From contig JALAGF010005628.1 in NCBI GenBank assembly GCA_030167865.1, forward strand, positions 1 through 64,000: 64,000 nt of DNA, read 5' to 3'. A program made the translations under genes and the position numbers. Positions within the stretch are counted from its first letter, which is position 1. Each line of letters opens with the position of its first letter. The notes beneath the pieces were generated by a model that searched no databases, was not told the DNA's origin, and worked only from the letters and a program-made list of their open reading frames with translations. This document shows, piece after piece, positions 48,901 to 59,900 of the stretch. Origin of the DNA: Craspedostauros australis. Its lineage: Eukaryota.

Positions 48901-51091
48901 GCCAGTTTCTCACTTTCGAGCTCCTTGTTATGCAGCAAGCCGCCCATTTCTTGCAACTTTGACTCGTAGAAGAGTCGCATTGCCTGACGCCACCGACGAA
49001 CACACAGAGATGAAGCGAGAAGCCGTTCATTCGAGAGAGACAGGTGGTGCAGATGCGCCATTTCCAACGCAAGTCATGTCGACAAACAATGGGATAAAAT
49101 TGCAGTGTTTTGCAGCGTGTGAGTCATCATCCTGAGCTGCGCTCGTAGAACGAATAGCGCTCCGACTGTGCTGCGCATCAGCATGCTGATAAATGCCCGC
49201 AGTGTACTCACCTCATACTTATCATGGCTGGCCTGGAGCTTCTCAATCAATTCTTCCTTGACCACGATCGAGGTTGAAAGCTCGTACAGATCTACCTCCA
49301 GTTGCTGCTGATTTTGCGAAAATTCCTTCGCTTCCAGATCGCTGATGGGTGATGATCCCAAGCCAGAGTCTTCTCGTGCACCATCGGCCACAGAGTCGCC
49401 ATCGTCGTTGCGCAAGTACTTCTTCGTCAGTACCATCTCCGCCTCCTCCGCTGCGCTGACTTCGGCATCGATCTGCTCACTTTGCGACATGCTGCCATGC
49501 ATTTGTGCCTTCAGCCGACTGAGTTCCGGAGATTCGGATCGATGCTTCGATCCAGACGATTTGCGTTCCAGCGGCGTCTTTGGCGGCAGGCGCGCCATCG
49601 CAAGACCAGATACTTGTTGATCTGACATTCCCGAGAGCCCAGATCGAACAGAGACGTCCGGGCTTGGCGAATTTGAATATCGGTATCGCTGCAAGCCCCG
49701 GAGGGTCATCTTCAAGTCCGCGATTTCACGTTCGTATTCCGCCGCACGCCGTCGGAAGACCTCTTGGACGGCTGAACCGGTGCTGTTGTCATCGCCATTG
49801 TTGCTTGAACCAGGCATGGTGCTATCGCCATTAGCCCGTGTCGATAAAGCTTCAAGCTGAAGCCTGTACACTTCCTTCTCCGCTTCCAGCGCACATATCC
49901 TTTCTTTCGATTCATCCGAAAGCGTCGATCTATACTCGGACCTCAGCCCCGCGTGTGACATCAACGGACTGTGTGGGTAGCGGGATGGTGACTGCTTATC
50001 GCCTGGGATGAATGCGTTGTGGACTCTTGGATCGGCCCTCCTGTTGCTCCGTCCAGCGCCAGTCATAATACTGGGACTACCACCCGCATTGGTATCCGCC
50101 CCCGCGCCTGCACCTGCGGCAGCCCTGTCGCCCTTGGCGAGGCTCTCCACTGCTTCCAATGGTATTTGGTAGTCTCCGTCGCCTTTGCGGACTCGCAGCA
50201 CGTCACGCGCGAGGCTCTGAAGTTGACCTTGGAGCTCTTGGACCAGCCGTGTCGTGGCATCCACGTTGACCACGGCATGGTTCTGAATATTCTTCGCCCT
50301 GTTGGCATAGCGGAGGCAGTTTAACGTCTCTTCCATGTTTAAATTGGACGGCGAGGCGCAGGCGATCATGAGCGTTTTATGGTTGCCTCCCAACGACCCC
50401 TTCAACAACCTCGTGAGCTTCGAGTCTCTGTACGGCACGAACGTCTTGCCCACGCGGTTCGGATCCCCCAAGGCCGATATCACATTCCCCAAAACCAAGA
50501 GTCCTTTGTTGATATCGATGCCTTCCTTCAGGCGCTGGCCGGACGCTTGCGTTCTCTTCTGACGTTCGGAACCTGCCAGGTCAACGAAGTTGAATTTTGA
50601 TCTCTTGGTCTGCATGTGCTGCGATTTCTCTCCCGGCGTGCCCACGGTTGGTGTGGCCGGCACCCCATTTTCCTTGTCGGAATCTTGGATGACAGTCGAC
50701 TGTTCGATGAGGAGCGACAATATGGCATGCGATCGGGAAGATGTTTCATTCATTGCTGTTGCGCCTGTGACTCTTCTGAGCATCCCGCGAGTCAAGCACA
50801 AGAGTGCGTCGTCGGCAGATTTGACTGGATGCTTCGTGGCACCGAGCACTTCCGGCTCATCCATGCCGACATCCCGGATAGTGAGTTTGTGATTCTTGGA
50901 CGATGAAGTCGCTGTGGATAGCAAATCTCGTATCTCCTCGCCGTACACCTCCAGAAATTGGATCTTCACCTGGTACTCAAAATTGGGCGTGACGTCGTCG
51001 CTGTCTGCGTTCTGATTCAAGGTTGACCCTCGATCTGGATTCTGATCATCTCGCCCATTTTCGCCGGTGAGATTGCTACTGGTACTGGTAC

Positions 51092-51133
<42 letters not shown>

Positions 51134-51710
51134 CGTCGTCGTCATCGTCTGCAAATAACCTTCTTCGTTCAGCATCAATGTTCGTGCTGTCGTGAGTTTC
51201 GAGGCTGTCGGCCTTGTGGCTGCCATTCGTTGCAGAGTTCTTCTGCGCTTTCCAGACCCCCAGCGTGTGAAAGATGGTTCGAATTGCCCGTGGGATGACC
51301 CCTTGGTGGATCTCATCTTGCACAATCCCCGTCGAGGAAGACGGTCCCATGATGGTATGCGTCTTGCCCGATCCGGTCTGCCCGTACGCAAGGCATGTGG
51401 CATTGTATCCCTCCAAGCAGTTATCCACGAGAGGCTGCACCCTGGTCGCAAAGAACTGAAGCTGGCTGATCTTCGCATCGAAGGCCTGGTCGAAGGTGAA
51501 TTTGGGTCCGTTCTGTCCTCCTATGCAGACCACGTTCGGCGGGACGGTGCTGGACGATGATCGGATCTGGATGCAGCTCGTCGATCCTGTTTCGTGGCGC
51601 AGCATGGGACGCAGCCTGACCACAACCTGGACGCTCGAGCCGGGCGATGGATTCTGCGATGGTTGTTCATTGTCGCTCTTTGTGGCCATGGCAGAACCGC
51701 TTGTGTGCAT
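45970..51710 (-). CDS. Kinesin-4 family motor (KIF4/KIF21-like), ~1731 aa
   Basis: join(51710..49212, 48983..48032, 47714..45970), all in frame. P-loop YGQTGSGKTHT, SSRSHA, FVDLAGSER, LKEGIDINKGLLVLGNVISALGD, VPYRDSKLTRLL, LRYANRAKNI, followed by long coiled coil. Alternative ATG at 51689. Confidence 0.93.
51093..51131 (-). repeat. (AAC)13 microsatellite encoding poly-Asn within the kinesin motor domain
   Basis: Perfect GTT run on the + strand, flanked by a GTC/ATC run encoding poly-Asp. Confidence 0.9.
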
Positions 51711-53902
51711 TGCTGCATGTAAATTGGTCGCTCTCGCTTGTGTCTCCACCTGTCACTGTGCTGATGGCCTTGCGTCTCCGTTTTGTTTGAGTGGTGGGAA
51801 GCGTTGGTGGATGAGACTGCGCCGTCGATGCTGCAGTCGCCGAAGTCTCTGTGGTGTGCTTGTGTGTTGGGTACAACGGTGGTATGGTCCGTGTTTCTGT
51901 GGTACGAGTATGATTGCGTATGATTGAGGGATTGGTATGGCTCGTACTGGTAGTCGTACCATACGACTACACCAACGATGTTGCGGAGTGCCGTGGAGTG
52001 CGAGTGCAGTACGAGTGCGAGCGACAAGTATGGCGTCCGTGTTGCCAGAGACGAGAACGAGCCCCTATTTGTGCGAGTGCAAGTCTTATCGTGATAGCTG
52101 GATCGTGGCTCTTGCAAGTATCGATGCTGAGTCTGCAGCGTCCGTGGTGATGTCGTGAGTCCTGTGTGATTCCTCTGGAGTGCCGCGGAGTCCGATAATT
52201 AGGAGTTGGACTTGCTGCTCCGTTTGGAACGGGATTGGTCGTCAATGGAACTTTCTCTTGAACGGCACACTTCATGTGCTTTGCATCACAGAAGCCTTGG
52301 CTCAAGAACTGGTGCAAGAACTGACGCAAGAACGATCCAAGTCAATCTGCCTTCGAGTTGACTTCGAGTTGCCTTCGAGGCTGGATCACTAGTCGGCTGA
52401 AGCCTCTCCACCAGAATCCGCACTCGGTGATCACCAGCCTGTGCTCTGTGACTGGTGCCAATGCGCAAACAGCGAGCCGTTTTGGTTTGGCACCGCGACC
52501 TTGGGGTGGGACTTCGAGTGGGACTCTGGTCTGTGTCGAGTTGGTGGAACCTCCACCTGCGGCAGCTGCAGTCCTTGCGATGGTGATGGTGTTGTTCCTT
52601 TCACTTTGTCAACGATCTCATGCCAACCTTGCGTGGCGGTGGGCGCATTTGATGGAACAGAATGACGAAGAGTGGTGTGGAGCGGGTGTGGATTTCGTGG
52701 TATTCGTGATTGTGCTGAAGTGCGAGTATGGCATCCACGCAGAGGCTCCGGCAGCGTGTCAACGTTGCGTGCGTTTGTGGCGGTTTCGTCGCTGCCGTTC
52801 AGGTTCTTCGTCTCTGTTTCGTTTCGGCCGTGTTTTGGTCTCGAATCGTTCACCAACTTTTTTTCCGAGCGGCTACGAACCATGACTGCCACCAAAACAC
52901 ACAAATCGCCAAACTTCCAGGCACGAATGCGCCAAAAGCCGCATTTCACCATGTGACAACGGAGCGGGACTCGTTATCGTGATTGATGGAAACATAGTAT
53001 TAAATAGTTAATTCACTGAACCCACGTAACACCAAACAATTAACCATATCCTTTGTTGAAAGGGGATATCGGCGAATGCATATTTGGAAAGTATTGGTTT
53101 CAGTTGTGAAAACAGGAATGAAACAAAAAGTGTGTGCGAGCAACTCAACTGTTCTTTCCATGCGTCTACGTATTAAACCTAGAAATCATCTGCTCCGCAC
53201 AACATAGAGAGGTAACTACGACTAGAACACAACAACGAAGAAACAAGCCGCGGAAGGCCCAAGACGATTGAATTGGAACTGTAGCTCATGTGTTACGGAC
53301 GACTAAAATACCAAACAAGGAAGCCAAGTAATGGTTGAGATTCAATTGCTACTATTCCTGATCATACGAGGACTCTACTTATGCTGCTATGTTGCTATTT
53401 CAAATATATATAATGTAATAATATGAAAGTTTGGGAAGAGCAATCTTGATCCGGAAGTGCTGTCTGTCTCTTTCAGCCAAGAGGAAGGTCAGCCCATCTT
53501 GTCACTTGCCGGTGGAGGTGATGTGTGAGAAGATGATTGCACAAGGGTTACACCCGCAAGCGCCCATCTTGTCATCTTGGATGCCCATCACCCATCACCC
53601 CTCTTCCATCTTCGTTCATTCTTTCATTCATTCTTGTTTCTTACTTGCTTTGACTTGTGTTTTTTTCGTTGCTTGTTTATGCATATGGGTACAAATACGA
53701 GTGTACAGGTGTGTACACGTGTGGCGTTGTGATTGGTGGTCTCAATGGCAGTGATCGAAGTCATGCCGTGATGTTTAGTTTGCCAGCGCAGAAATTGCTG
53801 CACAGCACGAATCTGCACAGCCTTCTTTCTGCGGGGATGGATGGGACCCACGAGGCAGCGGGGTTCCTCACGCTGCGACCCCCTCTGTGCCATCCTTCCA
53901 AT

Positions 53903-56900
53903 CTAGGCCACGGAGATGATGAGTGTTTCTCTGTCCGTGCAAGGCAATCCGCTGGCCACGGAGGTTGCGCTGGCAAAGAGAGCGGGGATGATGCTCCTTC
54001 CTCGGGACTCCAATAGATTGAGCGTGAACCGCTCACGAACTCGGAACTCGTCGTCTCGGAAGAGGCTCACGGGGTTCAATATCAGTTGGCGAGGAGGTTC
54101 GTTGTTGGCAGCAGTGATTGCGCGAAGGGCGCTGGTCAACGACGCCTCGAGCGAGGTTGGGTTGCGGACGATGTACGTCAACTCGATCAATTCCTTCACG
54201 AACGATGATATGTCGCCCGCCTCGAATCCAAGGAGCTGCAGAGAACCGAAGGTGTCCAGGAGTCTGATACCGTTCTGGCTGCTGCATCGAGTGGCAAAAT
54301 TTGACAATTCTTGAAGAACGTTGCCGCCTTCCTGGTCGAAGATGGTGATATCGATCTCGTCAACGCCTTCTGGGATGTTGATATCGAAGATCTCGCCTTC
54401 CATGACAGTTGCGAAGAAGAAGAGAGTATCACCGTCGCCGGCCTCGATGTATGCATCTCCGGGTTTGGGGATAGCATCGTTGCCACACTGCAATCCAGTC
54501 ATCGTGTTGTTTTGGTTGTTGCAGGTCAAAAGCGAGCCATACGTGAAGGCCAAGCGCGTTGCCTGTACGTCATCGATAACGCACTGGGTGGTTTGGGGGG
54601 CCTGGAGTCCTTGGCAGTCGGCTCCTGTGCGGACAACTATGCATGTGATCTCAGCTTCCAACGCGCATGCGGTTGTGAGAGGATCCGGAGTTGGGAAGAG
54701 GGATTCTGTCGGTGTCATCGTTGGTTGAAGCGTCTCGAAGATGGCTGGGAGGCGGTTGCCTGCGATGAATTCGAAACGGTCGAATCCGAAGCACCGGTTG
54801 CCTTCGTCAGTTCGGCCAGTCAAAGTGGTGACCACCACGTACGATTGACGCACAGTTAGATCCAGCTCGAGAATGCCCACTGCAGGGATGGGCTGAGAGG
54901 TTGATGTCAGCACCTGATCGCGCACCTGGTCGGACAGATCTTGAGACTCATCGTTGGTGCTCAAGAACAGGGTCTCAAGGATGACGTCGGTGCCTGGGTT
55001 GACGTTGATGGGGAAGCTGAGGTTGAAGAAGATCTGTGTGCTGGCGAAGCACGAGACCAGACCCTGTCGCTGATTCTCGAAGGAGACCAGCTGCACGGCA
55101 CCGAAGCGGTCCTTCAGGTACAAGTTCTCAGAGCACGAGCTGTGGTACTTGACGGTCTGGAGACGATTCTCGACAGTCACAATGGCGTCACGATCAGTCA
55201 CGTTAGCTGGAATATCGTAGATGGTGATGTTCATATCAGATGTGAATCTGTTGCTGGCCTGTGTGAGGAAGACGTCTCCAACTGTGACGGGTTTGTCGTG
55301 ATACACCTCTCCGCCTCCGAGGGCAAATGCGACGATCCACGATTGTCGTCCTGTCGTTGCGAGTGGCGGACCACCGTTGAAGTCGTCGCAATCGAAGTCT
55401 TCGTTGTTCTGGATGTTGAAGGTTCCGTCACACCCTCCTCCATTGTAGCGGAATTCCATATTGAATGCACGCTGTTCACATATGGGGCGGAACTGCGGGA
55501 TGTCATCGCAAGAAGGCGCCTGCACACCGCCGATGACGGGCGGCTGGCATTCAACAACGAGCTCGATCTCACACACGTCAGTGGGCTGTGGACTTGGGAC
55601 ATCACTGGGCTGATTGGTTGGGTTGGCTGATGGGATGGCGGATGGCGTCGTAGACGGAGTCGTACTTGGTGGAGACGACGGCGTTGCGCTTGGCGACGTG
55701 GATGGCATGGAGCTGGGTGTGGCACTCGGAGATGTAGACGGTGAAGTTGATGGCGTTGCGCTAGGAGAAGCGGATGGCATGATGCTCGGTGATGCTGATG
55801 GCGTTGCGCTGGGCGAAGCTGATGGTGTGGCGCTTGGGGATGCTGATGGCATGATGCTTGGTGATACTGATGGTGTGGCGCTTGGAGATGCTGATGGCAT
55901 GGCGCTTGGTGATGCCGACGGTGTGGCGCTTGGTGATGCTGATGGCATGATGCTTGGTGATGCCGACGGCGTGGCACTAGGAGATGCCGATGGCATGATG
56001 CTCGGTGATGCTGATGGCGTTGCGCTGGGCGAAGCTGATGGCGTTGCGCTAGGCGAAGCAGATGGCATGGCGCTTGGAGATGCTGATGGCATGATGCTTG
56101 GTGATACTGATGGTGTGGCGCTTGGAGATGCTGATGGCATGGCGCTTGGTGATGCCGACGGCNNNNNNNNNNNNNNNNNNNNNNNNNNNNNNNNNNNNNN
56201 NNNNNNNNNNNNGCTGGGCGAAGCTGATGGCGTTGCGCTTGGAGATGCTGATGGCATGATGCTTGGTGATGCCGACGGCGTGGCACTAGGAGATGCTGAT
56301 GGCATGATGCTTGGTGATGCCGACGGCGTGGCACTAGGAGATGCCGATGGCGTTGCGCTGGGCGAAGCTGATGGTGTGGCGCTTGGAGATGCTGATGGCA
56401 TGATGCTTGGTGATACCGACGGCGTTGCGCTAGGAGATGCCGATGGCATGATGCTCGGTGATACTGATGGCGTTGCGCTGGGCGAAGCTGATGGCGTTGC
56501 GCTTGGAGATGCTGATGGCATGATGCTTGGTGATGCCGACGGCGTGGCACTAGGAGATGCCGATGGCATGATGCTCGGTGATGCTGATGGCGTCGCGCTG
56601 GGCGAAGCTGATGGTGTGGCGCTTGGAGATGCTGATGGCGTTGTGCTAGGCGAAGCAGATGGCATGGCGCTTGGAGATACTGATGGCGTTGCGCTTGGAG
56701 AAACGGATGGCATGATGCTCGGTGATGCTGATGGCGTTGCGCTGGGCGAAGCTGATGGTGTGGCGCTTGGTGATGCTGATGGCATGGCACTTGGAGATGC
56801 CGACGGCGTTGCGCTTGGGGATGCCGATGGTGTGGCGCTAGGCGAAGCTGATGGCATGATGCTCGGTGATGCTGATGGCGTCGCGCTGGGCGAAGCTGAT

Positions 56901-59900
56901 GGTGTGGCGCTTGGAGATGCTGATGGCGTTGTGCTAGGCGAAGCAGAAGGCATGGCGCTTGGAGATGCTGATGGCGTTGCGCTAGGAGATGCCGACGGCG
57001 TTGCGCTTGGAGAAGCGGATGGCATGATGCTCGGTGATGCCGACGGCGTTGCGCTGGGCGAAGCTGATGGTGTGGCGCTTGGTGATGCTGATGGCATGGC
57101 ACTTGGAGATGCCGACGGCGTTGCGCTTGGGGATGCCGATGGTGTGGCGCTAGGCGAAGCTGATGGCATGATGCTCGGTGATGCTGATGGCGTTGCGCTA
57201 GGCGAAGCAGATGGCATGGCGCTTGGAGATGCCGACGGTGTGGTGCTTGGAGATGCTGACGGCGTTTCGCTTGGTGATGCTGACGGTGTGGTACTTGGAG
57301 AGGCTGACGGTGTGGCGCTAGGCGAAGCAGATGGTGTAGCACTGGGCGAAGCTGATGGCATGGCACTTGGAGATGCGGATGGTGTTGCACTCGGCGAGGC
57401 AGACGGCGTAGCACTCGGTGTGGCGCTTGGAGATGCTGACGGTGTGGCGCTAGGCGAAGCGGATGGTGTAGCGCTTGGAGATGCCGATGGTGTTGTGCTT
57501 GGTGATGCCGAAGGCGTGGCACTAGGCGAAGCGGATGGCATGGCGCTTGGTGATGCTGACGGTGTGGTACTTGGAGATGCTGACGGCGTGGCGCTAGGCG
57601 AAGCGGACGGCATGGCACTTGGAGATGCTGACGGTGTGGTACTTGGTGATGCTGACGGCATGGCACTTGGTGATGCTGACGGCATGGCACTTGGTGATGC
57701 CGACGGTGTTGCACTCGGTGAGGCAGACGGCGTTGCACTCGGTGTGGCGCTAGGCGAAGCGGATGGTGTAGCGCTGGGCGAAGCTGATGGTGTTGTGCTT
57801 GGAGATGCCGATGGTGTTGTGCTTGGAGATGTTGACGGCGTTGCACTTGGGGATGCCGATGGTGTAACACTTGGTGATGCTGACGGCATGGCACTTGGAG
57901 ATGCCGAAGGTGTTGCACTCGGTGAGGCAGACGGCGTTGCACTCGGTGTGGCGCTGGGCGAAGCTGATGGTGTGGCGCTTGGAGATGCTGATGGCATGAT
58001 GCTTGGTGATGCCGACGGCGTTGCGCTAGGCGAAGCGGATGGCATGACGCTTGGAGATGCCGACGGTGTTGCGCTTGGTGATGCCGACGGGGTTGCGCTA
58101 GGAGAAGCGGATGGCATTGCACTTGGTGATGCCGACGGCGTTGCGCTCGGCGAAGCGGATGGCATGGCACTTGGAGATGCGGAAGGCGTTGCGCTCGGCG
58201 AAGCGGATGGTGTGGTACTTGGTGATGCTGACGGTGTGGTACTTGGTGATGCTGACGGCATGGCACTTGGAGATGCCGACGGTGTTGCACTCGGTGTGGC
58301 GCTAGGCGAAGCGGATGGTGTAGCGCTTGGAGATGCCGATGGTGTTGTGCTTGGAGATGTTGACGGCGTTGCACTTGGGGATGCCGATGGTGTAACACTT
58401 GGTGATGCCGAAGGCGTTGCACTTGGAGATGCTGACGGCATGGCACTTGGAGATGCCGACGGTGTTGCACTCGGTGTGGCGCTAGGCGAAGCGGATGGCA
58501 TGGCACTTGGAAATGCCGACGGCGTGGTGCTTGGAGATGTGGATGGTGTTGCACTCGGTGAGGCAGACGGCGTAGCACTCGGTGTGGCACTTGGGGATAC
58601 CGACGGCGTGGCGCTTGGAGATGCCGAAGGTGTTGCGCTTGGAGATGCGGATGGTGAGGCGGATGGCATGCCGCTCGGCGATGCACTTGGGGATGCCGAC
58701 GGCGCAGCTGATGGCGACGCGCTCGGCTGGGCACTCGGTGATGCACTTGGGGAGGCTGATGGCACAGCTGACGGTGGTGAACTTGGAGCGGGACTTGGGA
58801 AAGGAGTTCCGACCGTCACATCGAAGTTGTACACATCGTTGTCCTCGCAGATGAAGCCATTCACATCCGTCTCAGCGATCACAGANGCTTCCGCATTGTA
58901 CCGCTTCGAAATGCACAGGTCAATCTCGGTCACATCGAAGATGCTCACGGAATCGGCTGGATTGAGCATGGTGCTGCTGAGGTTGGGGAGCAGGTCGGTT
59001 GTCATGCCGTTCAGCGAGGTTGACAACGTGGTGATCGTCAAGCCCGTTTCTCCCACATTGCTCACGTCGAACGTGTAGTTGGCGTTGACGAAGCAGTTGT
59101 GTGGTTCCTCGCTCACTCCAGCGCAGGTGTATCCGACGAAGTCGACTGCACCGAAGGCATCCAGCAAGGTGATGCCTCTGCCGTCACAGGAGGCATCGAT
59201 AGTGACGGATTGGACGACGTTGGCAGCGGTGCCGATTGAAGTCTCCACGACCAACGAAGATGGGAGGCACTCATTGCCGGAGGCCTTCACGACGACATCA
59301 GCGTTGCCGTTTCTCGATGCAGCGGAAGTCTGGAAGAATGGGTCGCTGCTGTCGCTGCTGAACGCACGAATGATGACGTCATCAGGGAGAGGTGAGAGGT
59401 TGGTGTCAACACATCCTGCGAGGTTTTCACATTTGTTGCCGGTGTAGCGGAGGATGAGTTGGTTGGCGCAGTTGCTGTCGCACATGCATTCCACCTCAGT
59501 CTCTCCAAGAAGATCATCGCATGGGATGCTGGTTGCTCCTGTCAATGGGTTTGCGATGACTGCGCAGTCCAAGTCCAGATCGATGGCACAAGTGACGTCA
59601 ACTTGGAACTCGTACTCATCCTCATCTTGGCACATGTCACCATTCGGTGGATCGGCCTCGACCACAGTCGACACCTTGTACACGCCAGGGATGCACACAT
59701 CCAGAAGCACAACCTCCATGGCTGTGGTGGATTCGCCCGGTGACAGCTCTCTGTCTTCCACGCGGTCAAGGAGGTCGCGGATCACACTGTCTGCCGTCAC
59801 GTTCAACGCTGTCACGTTCATATCGTCGGTCCCCACATTGCGGAGATCGTACACGTAGGTGATGTCGAGGAAGCAATCCTGGGTATCTCCGTTCACGTCG

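Noticed and set aside
55620..58800. Regular repeats as a possible CRISPR array
   Set aside because: Contiguous 12/24-bp units with no unique spacers, lying in frame in a eukaryotic gene, with no cas genes nearby.
55614..59078. 1154-aa plus-strand ORF of GDADGVAL repeats and 1171-aa alternative minus frame (55231-58746)
   Set aside because: Shadow frames of the PSASPSAT array, which lacks stops in those frames. Only one frame continues into the Cys-rich modules and signal peptide.
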